Positions 37,680 to 49,912 of a DNA stretch of 64,000 nt are shown in pieces. The stretch is from Malacoraja senta (Eukaryota): contig CM075996.1 in NCBI GenBank assembly GCA_038087875.1, positions 3,660,001 through 3,724,000 of the forward strand, written 5' to 3'. The first letter of the stretch is position 1. Each line of letters begins with the position of its first letter. The notes beneath the pieces were generated by a model. The model ran no database searches. It saw nothing but the letters and a program-made list of their open reading frames with translations, and was not told the DNA's origin. A program made the translations under genes and the position numbers.

Positions 37680-37956
37680 AGAATAAGGAGTAAGCCATTT
37701 AGAACGGAGACGAGGAAACACTTTTTCTCACAGAGAGTGGTGAGTCTGTGGAATTCTCTGCCTCAGAGGGAGGCAGGTTTTCCGGATGCTTTCCAAGAGA
37801 GAGCTAGATAGGGCTCTTAAAGATAGCGGAGTCAGGGGATATGGGGAGAAGGCAGGAACGGGGTACTGATTGGGGATGATCAGTCATGATCACATTGAAT
37901 GGCGGTGCTGGCTCGAAGGGCCGAATGGCCTACTCCTGCACCTATTGTCTATTGTC
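37680..37956 (+). mobile_element. CR1 3' fragment ((tattgtc)n tail subfamily)
   Basis: RSKPFRTETRKHFFSQRVVSLWNSLP. Confidence 0.85.
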
Positions 37957-38039
37957 AAACTATAATCAGAATCAGTAAGCATACTGAGATGCATTAGTAC
38001 CACAAATTATGACAATATAGGAACATGCCAACCTCATGA

Positions 38040-38335
38040 GGGTGGCACAGTGGCACAGCTGGTAGAGCTGCTGCTTTGCAGCACCAGAGACCCGGGTTCA
38101 ATCCTGACCTCAGGTGCTGCATGTGCGGAGTTTGCTCGTTCTCCCTGTGACCACGTGGGTTTCCTCCGGGTGCTCCGGTTTCTTCCCACATCCCACAGGC
38201 GTGCGGGTTTGTAGGTGAATTGGCCCTCTGTCAATTACCCCTAGTGTGCGGGAAGTGGATATGAAAGTGGAATAACAGAACTAGTGTGAACAGGTGATTA
38301 ATGTCGGCGTGGGCTTGGTGGTTCCATGCTGTGTT
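38040..38335 (+). mobile_element. V-SINE (HE1-like)
   Basis: tRNA head and V core. Confidence 0.75.
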
Positions 38336-38583
38336 TTTCAATCAATCAATTATTCAATCACAGGGGATGATTGAGGTAACACATTACAATGGGAAGGAAA
38401 CCAAACTTCCAGCTACATCAGAGCAATTTGTGGCAAATATAGACAAATATGCTAAGGCTACAGAATTTATCATGGCCACAGATTATTAAAGAACACTGCA
38501 GATAGGGTACATCATGACATACATTGCAGGAATGAGTGGAGGAGGGGGAGGGGGAGGGGGAGGGGGAGGGGGACAGGTTACTA

Positions 38584-38918
38584 AGGGCATGTCCCACTGT
38601 ACGAGGTAATTCAAGAGATCTCCCGAGTTTCCCCCTGATTCGAACTCGGAGAATGTCCGTAGCGGGTCCGTAGGGGTTCCGTGGATGTCTCGTACGAGTA
38701 AAAAGTAACAATATTTTTCATCACGAGTATTTTTTTACTCGTGGACATTTTTCACGGTGTTGAAAAACGTCACGCGTTTACCGGATTTCCCGAGTACCTA
38801 CCGTTACTCGTATGAGCCGCTACGAGACATCCACGGACTCCTACGGACATTCTCCGAGTTCGAATCAGGGGAAACTTGGGAAAACTCTTGAATTACATCG
38901 TACAGTGGGACAGGCCCT
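38584..38918. mobile_element. Harbinger-like MITE, family A relative, hairpin
   Basis: AGGGCATGTCCCACTGTACGA...TCGTACAGTGGGACAGGCCCT; long inverted arms; interior related to 85-457. Confidence 0.78.
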
Positions 38919-39107
38919 TAACAATACCACCAAAATTCAAAGCGGTAGTGTGCTTCAAAGCAGCTGATTGGAGCATACAATCAATGAGCATAGACATAAA
39001 GTGCTGGAGTAACACAGCAGATCAGGCAGCATCTCTGGAGAGGCAACTTTTTGGGTTGGGAACCAAAGTGTTGAATCTCCAGAGATGTTGCCTGACCCTC
39101 TGAGTTA

Positions 39108-39688
39108 AGGCTCTGTTACGTGTTTGCGGTCATCGGCGGTGAAACGCGGCTTCGCCTGTAGAGTGGACCGCACGGCAACGGCGAGAGCGCCGAGCCTATC
39201 CACGGGAGCGCTGCACGGATGCTGCGCGGGGGCCGAGTGATTCAAATACGGCTGGTCCCACGTGCTTGCGGTAAGTTAAAAAAAGGGCGGGCCCACTGCG
39301 ATGACGACGGCCCGCCGCACGTGACTCACGAGCGGCGGCTGTGGCGGCGGCCGTCCTGATCGCGGCGCTGTAGCGGTGGCTGTGCCTGCGGCCGTGCCGC
39401 ACACGTGCCTCACTGGCGGAGGCTGTGGCAGTGGAGGTTTGACGCACGGCGCTCGAGCCACACTGGCGGTGGCCCGTGCGGGCGGCCGTGCCGCACTCGT
39501 GCATCACTGGTGGAGGTTGTGCGGTAAGAATATAGTTTTCAACAGTGTAGGTTTTATTTTAGCACCGTGCGGTGTTGGGAACACCGCCGCACGGCCCATG
39601 AATTGTGCGTTCTCACGAGTGCGCAGTCTATGGCGGCAGATTCTTCCCGTTTTGCCGCCAATGACCGCAGACTCGTGAGACAGGCCTT
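39108..39688 (-). mobile_element. PIF/Harbinger-like MITE family D, copy 3
   Basis: Reverse complement of D1/D2; TTA duplication (39105-39107 / 39689-39691); splits a Penelope repeat (gagtta|ctgcagcac). Confidence 0.85.
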
Positions 39689-39949
39689 TTACTGCAGCAC
39701 TCTGTGTCTTTAATCAATAATCATACTCAGGTTATACAATGCACCATAGAAATGCCTTATTAAACTTGACAACGCATTGCGTATAAGATGCATCATTGAA
39801 CATGACAATACAAGTAAATATGGTGGTAGGAAGGAACTGCAGAAGCTGGTTTACACCGATGATAGACTCTGCTGTTGTGATGTACCATTTAACCTCAGAA
39901 CATATATTTATTCTGTTAGCACAACTCAGATCCTCTCGCTATGAAGATG

Positions 39950-40966
39950 ACTTCCATGGCAGCATTTAACATGTCCTTCAAACTATTCTTTCTTGACTCT
40001 GTTGTTACGATGCACCCTTTAACCTCAGTATGTATTTTTATTTCTGTTAGAACACTACATCCTCAGCAAGTTTAATAACTTTAACATTATGTTGCAATGA
40101 TTCATATTGTAACGTCTATTATTTTTCTGAGTTATTGAGGTATTGCAGTTTTACAACCTACAGCCTTTGTACATTTACACGTTCTAGTAACCATTTACCT
40201 TGAAGCTGTTTAGTACGTTGTTCTTTTACAAAGTGCTGCCCTAATGTAGCACATGTTCTTAATCCTTTTGCTTCCTTTGGTTCAGAGTTTACACACTGCA
40301 GATAGACACAAAATGCTGGAGTAACAGCGAGGTCTGAAGAAGGGTCTCGACCTGAGACGCCACCCGTTCCTTCTCTCCAGAGATGCTGCCTGTCCCCTGA
40401 GTTACTCCAGCATTTTGTGTCTATCTTCGGTGTAAACCAGCATCTGCAGTTCCTTCCTTCACATACTGTACCAATAGTGTTGGCATCTTTCGTTTAGTAA
40501 TGCATTGTTGCCATTCACCCATGACTATTATCTTCACTTGTTGCAATGATCTAACACTTATTCCGTGAATAATTTACAAGCTGTTGCTTCTTGACCTGCT
40601 TGTATTTTAATTTGAGCAGCATTCCCCCCCCCACCCCCCATGCATTCTGCCGCCTCAGAATGTCATTATTTTGATAATGCGTTGATCCAATGCCCCCTGT
40701 AGTTCTGATCTGTTCACTTAATTTACCAATGTATCACACTCGTGCACCTTCAAATCTTGGTAAGTTTAATATTACTGTAGTCTATTGCAATGATGCATAT
40801 TGTACCTTCCCTCTGCAACTTCCTATTACATACGTGCCTGGGTATTTAGCAGTGCATTGTTATAATATACAATTAGCCTACTTGTATTTATTGATTGACA
40901 ATAGACAATAGACAATAGGTGCAGGTGTAGGCCATTCGGCCCTTCGAGCCAGCACCGCCATTCAAT
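39950..40966. repeat. Left arm of a ~1-kb inverted duplication
   Basis: Reverse complement of 42714-43731; identical 73-aa spurious ORFs at 40690-40911(+) and 42769-42990(-). Confidence 0.92.
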
Positions 40967-41761
40967 CTTAAATGTGTTGGTATCTTGAGGGTACATTGCG
41001 GCAATAATGGTACAGATTAAGTAACCAGATTAAGTATTGCCATGGTAAGTAAACCTTCTGCTGCTGCTGCACATTGGTGGGTGGGGGGTGGGGGGGGGGT
41101 GGGGGTGGGGGGGGGGGTGGGGGTGGGGGTGCAGGGGGTGGCAGAGACGCCCCTCAAAATAAGGGAAGGGATTCCTCGCCATGAGAGGAAAGGGTGTCCG
41201 GGTAAAACTGTGTAGTGAATGTATGTGTAGCCTCCGAGAATGTCGGAAGAATTGTTTGCCCGGTTCCTGTATTGTAGTATTTTTTTACTTGAATAAAGTT
41301 TATTTTGATTAATTAATACAAAATACAAAAAAAACACGGGGAGCCTGAAGTTGCAGCTGGATTAGGTAACTGGTGTAAACATGGCAACGCATTGGTGTGG
41401 CAAGTAAACGTACTGCGTGTGTGTCGGGTTATCGGAGTGACGCTGCTAAAGATAGTAACTAAATGTAACAGGGCAAAAGATTGTATCATGGCAACACATT
41501 ACATGGAATGCAAGGTGAAGCATTTGCAACACCATGTACTGAGCATGAAGGGAGCTTAGCAGCGGCATCCTGTTGATGGAATTAAAGATACTGTGGCTAC
41601 AGTACAGCAAGTGTCCCCAGGATATGCGACGCAGGCACCAGAGACCCGGGTTCAATCCTGACCTCAGGTGCTGCTTTTCCGGAGTTTGCTCATTCTCCCC
41701 GTGACCACGTGGGTTTCCTCCGGGTGCTCCGGTTTCTCCCCAGGATAGATAGTATTTCAGG

Positions 41762-42006
41762 TACACAAAAATGCTGGAGAAACTCAGCGGGTGCAGCAGC
41801 ATCTATGGAGCGAAGGAAATAGGTAACGTTATCTATTTCCTTCGCTCCATAGATGGCCCGAAACATTACCTATTTCCTTTGCTCCATAGATGGCCCGAAA
41901 CGTTACCTATTTCCTTCGCTCCATAGATGCTGCTGCACCCGCTGAGTTTCTCCAGCATTTTTGTGTACCTTAGATTTTCCAGCATCTGCAGTTCCTTCTT
42001 TAACAC
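41762..42006. mobile_element. Palindromic Penelope repeat with internal ~37-bp tandem duplications
   Basis: Inverted arm, repeated ggcccgaaacgttacctatttccttcgctccatagat, direct arm; 17-bp TSD with one mismatch (41745-41761 / 42007-42023). Confidence 0.8.
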
Positions 42007-42399
42007 ATAGATAGCATTTCAGGACTGCTCTCTGGTTGTGGTGGGACGATTCAGTTGCCTGAAAACAGCTGGGAAGAAACAGTTAGACAGGGACATGGAT
42101 AGGACAGGTTTAGAGGGATATGGGCCAAACGCAGGCAGGTGGGACTAGTGTAGCTGGGAATGTTGTCCGGTGTGGGCAAGTTGGGCGGAAAGGGCCTGTT
42201 TCCACGCTGTATCACTCTATGATTCTATGTCTCTGTGATCAGGATTACAGTAAATATCATTGGAATGGTAAAACAATACACTGAGTCTATAGTGCATCAC
42301 AGTAGAAAGAAAATAAACTGAGATAATGCGCAAATCATGCACGGATTCTTCGAGTGGTTAATATAGAGGCAACAAGATGCATCAAACCAATGCAATCGA

Positions 42400-42783
42400 A
42401 CCATATAAGATTGTTAAGAGCTTGGACACGCTAGAGGCAGGAAACATGTTCCTGATGTTGGGGGAGTCCAGAACCAGGGGCCACACACAGTTTAAGAATA
42501 AGGAGTAAGCCATTTCGAACGGAGACGAGGAAACACTTTTTCTCACAGAGAGTGGTGAGTCTGTGGAATTCTCTGCCTCAGAGGGCGGTGGAGGCAGGTT
42601 CTCTGGATGCTTTCAAGAGAGAGCTAGATAGGGCTCTTAAAAATAGCTGAGTCAGTGGATATGGGGAGAGGGCAGGAACGGGGTACTGATTGGGGATGAT
42701 CAGCCATGATCACATTGAATGGCGGTGCTGGCTCGAAGGGCCGAATGGCCTACACCTGCACCTATTGTCTATTGTCTATTGTC
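42400..42783 (+). mobile_element. CR1 3' fragment ((tattgtc)n tail)
   Basis: LDTLEAGNMF.MLGESRTRGH...; its tail lies inside the right arm of the inverted duplication. Confidence 0.85.
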
Positions 42784-43731
42784 AATCAATAGATACAAGT
42801 AGGCTAATTGTATATTATAACAATGCACTGCTAAATACCCAGGCACGTATGTAATGGGAAGTTGCAGAGGGAAGGTACAATATGCATCATTGCAATAGAC
42901 TACAGTAATATTAAACTTACCAAGATTTGAAGGTGCACGAGTGTGATACATTGGTAAATTAAGTGAACAGATCAGAACTACAGGGGGCATTGGATCAACG
43001 CATTATCAAAATAATGACATTCTGAGGCGGCAGAATGCATCGGGGGTGGGGGGGGGAATGCTACTCAAATTAAAATACAAGCAGGTCAAGAAGCAGCACC
43101 TTGTAAATTATTCACGAATAAGTGTTAGATCATTGCAACAAGTGAAGATAATAGTCATGGGTGAATGGCAACAATGCATTACTAAACGAAAGCTGCCAAC
43201 ACTATTGGTACAGTATGTGAAGGAAGGAACTGCAGATGCTGGTTTACACCGAAGATAGACACAAAATGCTGGAGTAACTCAGGGGGACAGGCAGCGTCTC
43301 TGGAGCGAAGGAACGGGTGGCGTCTCGGGTCGAGACCCTTCTTCAGACCTCGCTGAGTTACTCCAGCATTTTGTGTCTATCTGCAGTGTGTAAACTCTGA
43401 ACCAAAGGAAGCAAAAGGATTAAGAACATTTGCTACATTAGGGCAGCACTTTGTAAAAGAACAACGTACTAAACAGCTTCAAGGTAAATGGTTACTAGAA
43501 CGTGTAAATGTACAAAGGCTGTAGGTTGTAAAACTGCAATATCTCATAACTCGGAAAAGTAATAGACGTTACAATATGAATCATTGCAACATGATGTTAA
43601 AGTTATTAAACTTGCTGAGGATGTAGTGTTCTAACAGAAATAAAATAACATACTGAGGTTAAAGGGTGCATCATAACAACAGAGTCAAGAAAGAATGGTT
43701 TGAAGGCCGTGTTAAATGCTGCCATGGAAGT
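42714..43731. repeat. Right arm of a ~1-kb inverted duplication
   Basis: See left arm; scattered substitutions and small indels between the arms. Confidence 0.92.
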
Positions 43732-43878
43732 GGTGTCGCCCGTATGGTCGTGAGTAGTCGCCCAAAGAGTCATAGCTTTTTCTGGTTGCCGCTGGATTTT
43801 CAACATGTTGAAAATTTTCGGCCACTATGACGGGTGCCGGCAAGTCGCCAAAAAAATCGCATAAGTGGGACAGGCCCT
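43732..43878. mobile_element. One-ended MITE family B fragment
   Basis: Interior matches the reverse complement of ~6425-6520; ends AAGTGGGACAGGCCCT; other end missing. Confidence 0.65.
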
Positions 43879-44029
43879 TGACACGATAAAATGCATGAGG
43901 ACAATACAATACCTCAAAGAACTATAGCGACAAATGGTAAAACATTTTATACTATACTAAACTAAACAAGCATTGCAGAGTTCTGGGGTGGATATGTAGA
44001 GTTTAGAGTTTAGAGGTACAACACAGATA

Positions 44030-44292
44030 GAAACAGGCCCACCAAGTCCATGCCGACCTTTAATCTATGATACACACAAGTTATCCTGCTTTATCATCAT
44101 CCACTCCCTACACACTTGGGGCAATTTCAAGAGGCCAATTAATCAACAAATCCGTATGTCTTTGGGATGTGGGAAGAAACCGGAACACCCGGAGAAAACA
44201 CACAAGGTCACAGAGAGAACATGCAAACTCCACACAGACAGCACCTGAGGTGAGGATCGAACTCGGGTCTCTGGCGCTGTGAGGCAGCAGCT
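44030..44292 (-). mobile_element. V-SINE (HE1-like)
   Basis: Reverse complement of the SINE head and core. Confidence 0.7.
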
Positions 44293-44768
44293 GGAAGTAA
44301 TACATTGCTGTGTAACATGGAAGTCAGTGGAAACAGGCACAATGTCCAAATGCCACCAAGTCACACATTTAGCTTCCCTGATTAGGTGCATAAATATAAT
44401 CCTCTCCAATTTATTCATCTTTCCCTTCTCTCCGCCAAATGCTTCACATTGATCCTACTAAAATGGCCCGCTTGCAAGTTTTTTACTTTGCAAGTTGCAA
44501 GGTTGAGCACTCATCCTAACACAAGACTTTAATGTTTATCATAAAACAGTAGTGAACCTTTGGATCTGCTTTCTGGAACACCCTGTACAACTTAGACCAG
44601 GACGGGGAAAAAACCCATTTATGTTAACTGCTTTCAATTCCTTGGCCTATTTTGTATTCTATTTATTCACACTGCCATTTTAAATAAACTACGCCCGATA
44701 CCTCAGAGATAGACACAAAATGTTGGAGTAACTCAGCGGGACAGGCAGCATCTCTGGAGAGAAGGAAC

Positions 44769-45307
44769 AGTTTTGGTCTCCTAATCTGAGGAAAGACATT
44801 CTTGCCATAGAGGGAGTTAAGAGAAGGTTCACCAGACTGATTCCTGGGATGGCAGGACTTTCATATGAAGAAAGACTGGATAGACTCGGCTTGTACTCGC
44901 TAGAATTTAGAAGATTGAGGGGGGATCTTATAGAAACTTACAAAATTCTTAAGGGGTTGGACAGGCTAGATGCAGGAAGATTATTCCCGATGTTGGGGAA
45001 GTCCAGAACAAGGGGTCACAGTTTAAGGATAAGGGGGAAGTCTTTTAGGACCGAGATGAGAAAATCATTTTTTACACAGAGAGTGGTGAATCTGTGGAAT
45101 TTTCTGCCACAGAAGGTAGTTCATTGGCTATATTTAAGAGGGAGTTAGATGTGGCCCTTGTGGCTAAAGGATCAGGGAGTATGGAGAGAAGGCAGGTACA
45201 GGATACTGAGTTGGATGATCAGCCATGATCATATTGAATGGCGGTGCAGGCCCGAAGGGCCGAATGGCCTACTCCTGTACCTATTTTCTATGTTTCTATG
45301 TTTCTAT
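44769..45307 (+). mobile_element. CR1 3' fragment inserted into a Penelope-derived repeat
   Basis: MAGLSYEERLDRLGLYSLEFRRLRGDLIETYK...; Penelope repeat stops at aaggaa (44768) and resumes after the tail. Confidence 0.88.
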
Positions 45308-46869
45308 GAATGTGTGACGTTCGGGTCGGGACCCTTCTTCAGACTGAGAGTCAGGGGAGAGGGGGGGAACTAGAGATATGGAAGGGTAAGGTGTGAAAAC
45401 GAGAGATCAAACGGGACAAAGTTAAAACATGGACGTAGATCTGGTGAGCAGGAGGAATCACAGAGGGGGAACAGCGAGAGAGAATGTTGCAGCACTCTCG
45501 TCGGAGGGAGTCCCCATGTGGTCCTGTACGCCTGGCATTAGCCGCATTCACCTCAGCCTTCGACACAAAATGCTGGAGTAACTCAGCGGGACAGGCAGCA
45601 TCTCTGGAGGGAAGGAATGGGTGACGTTTTCCGGGTGGAGACCCCTCTACAGACTGAGAATCAGATTGGTGGAGGGTTGACCTCAGCCTTCCTTTGCTAC
45701 TTCATCGAAAAACTCAAATCACCGGTACGCACATGATTTCTCTCTCGTCTCTCCCTGCCTGAGTGATGGATTGAGTTTGTGGACTGACATTACTGTGTCT
45801 AAAGGAGCACGGACCATAAACTGGCTGATGAGTAATTGCCCAATTTATCCTTTTGCCCGCTTGTGAAGAAAGTTTGAATGTTCCTGCCCTCTACTGTTAA
45901 CAATAATGGGAAGTTTATCATCAGCAGTCCCTCAGTTTCTGTTATTACATAGAAACATAGAAACATAGAAATTAGGTGCAGGAGTAGGCCATTCGGCCCT
46001 TCGAGCCTGCACCGCCATTCAATATGATCATGGCTGATCATCCAACTCAGTATCCCGTACCTGCCTTCTCTCCATACCCTCTGATCCCTTTAGCCACAAG
46101 GGCCACATCTAACTCCCTCTTAAATATAGCTACTTCTCTCAACGGGCTAGGAGGAACACACCACTTACATAACGGCAGCGATTTTTGTCTATCTTCTCCT
46201 TGGTAATCGCCGAGCCTGACTTGTCACTTCACGCCGAACCATCACGTCCACCGATAGATAATGGGTACTTACTTATCATGTGGTCTGTGTTCAATGCAGC
46301 ACACAGGCGCAGCGGTAGAGTTGCTGCGTTACAGCCCCAGAGACCGGGTTTCGATCCTGACTGCGGGCCCTTCTTCGTACGGAGTTTGTATGTTCTCCCC
46401 GTGAACCTGCGTGGGTTTTCTCCTCGAGATCTTCGGTATCCCCTCTATCATCCAGGGAGCTGTGATTCCGATTGTCCTCACTAATCCCTCTAACTGTACA
46501 CAATAACTGTACACCAGCTAGCTCATCTTTAAAGGCCACCCATTCATTTCTGATGTCTAATTTTTGATACCTGTTTAGTTGTAGCAAATCCCTCCTCAAT
46601 TTGCAAAAATGAACCTTCACGCAAGTTCATGCTATAGGAGCAGAATTAGGCCATTTGGCCAACCCAGTCTACTCCGCCATTCAATCGTGGCTGATCTATC
46701 TCTCCCTCTCCACCCCATTCTCCTGCCTTCTCCCCGTAACCCCGGACACCCGTACTGATCAAGCATCTATCTATCTATCTCTGCCTCAGAAATATCCATT
46801 GGCTTGGCCTCCACAGCCTTCTGTGGTATTCTAATGGTGGATTAAATATTTTAAATACTTTAAATACTC

Positions 46870-47737
46870 ACGGTGGCGCAGCGGTAGATTCACCACTCTC
46901 CTGATCACTACGGGTGCTTGTCTGTACGGAGTTTGTACGTTCTCCCCGTGACCTGCGTGGGTTTTCTCCGAGATCTTCGGTTTCCTCCCACACTCCAAAG
47001 ACGTCCAGGTTTGTAGTTTAATTGGCTTGGTGTAGGTGTACATTGTCCCTGGTACACAAAAATGCCGGAGAAACTCAGCGGGTGCAGCAGCATCTATGGA
47101 GCGAAGGAAATAGGCAACGTTTCGGGCCGAAACCCTTCTTCAGACTGATAGGGGGTGCGGAGAAGAAAGGAAAAAAGGAAAAAGGCGGAGGAGGAGCCTG
47201 AGGGCTGGGGGGGGGGGGGGGGGGGAGGGAGACAACCAGAGGGCTGATGAAGGGGAGGGGACAGCAAGGGCTAGCAGAATTGGGAGAATTCAATGTTCAA
47301 GCCCCCAGGATGTAGACTGCCCAAGCGGAATATGAGGTGCATTTCCTCCAATTTACGGTGTTGCTCGCTGTGGCCATGGAGGAGACCCAGGACAGAGAGG
47401 TCAGATACGGAATGGGAGGGGGAGTTGAAGTGCTGAGCCACCGGGAGGTCAAGTTGGTTAATGCGGACCGACCGGAGGTGTTCGGCGAAACGATCGCCAA
47501 GCCTCCGCTTGGTCTCACCGATGTAGATCAGCTGGCATCTAGAGCAGCGGATGCAATAGATGAGGTTGGAGGAGATGCAGGTGAACCTCTGTCGCGCCTG
47601 GAACGACTGCTTGGGTCCTTGTGTACATTGTCCCTAGTGTGTGTAGGATAGCGTTAATGTGCGGGGGGTCGCTAGTCGGTGCGGACTCCGTGGGCTGAAG
47701 GGCCTGTTCCGCGCTGTATCTCTAAACTAAACTAAAC
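46870..47737 (+). mobile_element. V-SINE split by a Penelope insertion
   Basis: Head and core at 46870-47050, tail at 47621-47737. Confidence 0.8.
47051..47620 (-). mobile_element. Penelope-like element 3' fragment (GIY-YIG endonuclease plus hammerhead repeat)
   Basis: Minus strand encodes SSNLIYCIRCSRCQLIYIGETKRRLGDRFAEHLRSVR...; perfect 15-bp TSD gtgtacattgtccct (47036-47050 / 47621-47635). Confidence 0.9.
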
Positions 47738-48573
47738 AAAACCTTACTTACTTTAAATATTACGTGATCACTGATGCTCCCCATTTGATCCACCTCATTC
47801 CTCAACATCGATTCAGCAATGGCTCCTCATGCATTGGACAGAAAACTCGGAGAAAATTCTCCTGATCACCTATCCCAAATTTCTCCTCTTCTCCACTCCA
47901 AAGTATTTACTGTCTCACTTAATTTAGGATCCGTTAAAGTATTGCCTTCTTAGTGTCTGCATTTCAGTCATCTTCTGACAACTCTGCTCCTCTAATTTCT
48001 TCTCAGTATTTGGTGACATAAATTATTCATCAACTCCAACTAAATACCATCACTAAGAAACTAAAGGACATTGTTTCATTCTGTCAGGTTATATTCCTTT
48101 TCCAAAATGTTAAAATCTCCTTTACTTGACTCCCAAATAATTCCTGAATTCTGATACTAAGAATCCAATCTTTTGAGCCGTGCGTTTGTAATCACGGTTC
48201 CACCATATTCAAACGTATCAAACTTATGAACCACATTATTAAATCACATGCCAACACTTCAAAGCCAACCTAACTCGATTGCATTTTTACAACTTTACTT
48301 TGTTCTATATTCTCTTTATCTCTCCCGGTTCTCTAGCCCTTTGCTGTAATTTTTCATACCGTGCCCAGATGCTAATCCGTTACGCAGTCATTCAAACCCT
48401 TGACTACAGGATCAGTTAACCAGCTTGTCAGAAAATCGATTTCACCTCGCTTCAAGTGCAACCCATCCATCTTGAAGATGCCCAGCTGCATTGGCCCAGG
48501 AATTGAAAGACCTTGCTCTTGCAACATGTGTTAATGACCACATTCTTCTATTTCCACTCTCATTAGTATAAAA

Positions 48574-49080
48574 TAGACAATAGACAATAGACAATAGACA
48601 ATAGGTGCAAGAGTAGGCCATTCGGCCCTTCCAGCCAGCAATGTGATCACATTCAATGTGATCATGGCTGATCATCCCCAATCAGTACCCCGTTCCTGCC
48701 TTCTCCCCACATCCCCTGACTCTGCTATTTTTAAGAGCCCTATCTAGCTCTCTCTTGAAAGCATCCAGAGAACCTGCCTCTGAGGCAGAGAATTCCACAG
48801 ACTCACAACTCTCTGTGAGAAAAAGTGTTTCCTCGTCTCCGTTCTAAATGGCTTACTCCTTATTCTTAAACTGTGGCCCCTGGTTCTGGACTCCCCCAAC
48901 ATCGGGAACATGTTTCCTGCCTCTTGCGTGTCCAAGCCCTTAACAATCTTATACGTTTCAATGAGATACCCTCTCATCCTTCTAAACTCCAGAGTGTACA
49001 AGCCCCAGCTGCTCCATTCTCTCAGCATATGACAGTCCCGCCGTCCCGGGAATTAACCTTGTAAACCTACGCTGCACTCC
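48574..49080 (-). mobile_element. CR1 3' fragment
   Basis: LGLYTLEFRRMRG.LIETYKIVKGLDT.EAGNMFPMLGESRTRGH; (tattgtc)n tail. Confidence 0.88.
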
Positions 49081-49399
49081 CAATAATTACATCCTTAGAG
49101 GCCCTGCATGTTAGCTTACTTTGAGCTGCTTCCTGTCTGGTTTCTGGACCCACTGTTCCTCCGTACATGGTCACAATTGTTGGTTCTTCTCCTTCACCCC
49201 CATAGAACCTCCTGCAGCCTGGAATAGCAACACCCAACATCACCATTGCTCATTTGTCCCATCCCTCCAGCTCACTCCACCGTAGGAGTGGCTTTATCTC
49301 AAACACTTCAAGATGGCAATTCACCAGCACCTCATCAGTAATATGCAGACAATCAATGCGCAATAAAAGTAGTTTAGTGTTATTTGGAGATACAGCGTT

Positions 49400-49912
49400 G
49401 AAGAGTGCAGCGTAGGTGTACGAGATTGATCCCTGGGATGGCGGGACTGTCATATGAGGAAAGATTGAAAAGACTAGGCTTGTATTCACTGGCGTTTAGA
49501 AGGATGAGGGGGGATCTTATAGAAACATATAAAATTATAAAAGGACTGGATAAGCTAGATGCAGGAAAAATGTTCCCAATGTTGGGTGAGTCCAGAACCA
49601 GGGGCCACACACAGTCTTAGAATAAAAGGGAGGTCATTTAAGACTGAGGTGAGAAAAAACATTTTCACCCAGAGAGTTGTGAATTTGTGGAATTCCCTGC
49701 CACAGAGGGCAGTGGAGGCCAAGTCACTGGATGGATGTAAGAGAGAGTTAGATAGAGCTCTAGGGGCTAGTGGAGTCAAGGGATATGGGGAGAAGGCAGG
49801 CACGGGTTATTGATAGGGGACGATCAGCCATGATCGCAATGAATGGCGGTGCTGGTTCGAAGGGCCGAATGGCCTCCTCCTGCAACTATTTTCTATGTTT
49901 CTATGTTTCTAT
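49400..49912 (+). mobile_element. CR1 3' fragment
   Basis: VQRR.TRLIPGMAGLSYEERLKRLGLYSL.FRRMRGDLIETYK; (tttctatg)n tail. Confidence 0.88.

Noticed and set aside
40690..40911. Identical 73-aa ORFs on opposite strands (also 42769-42990) as a gene pair
   Set aside because: By-product of the inverted duplication; no coding features.
41078..41140. G-quadruplex-forming G runs (also 38540-38572)
   Set aside because: Low-complexity G tracts, the first at the start of a retroelement-like 3' UTR; nothing in the sequence supports a function.
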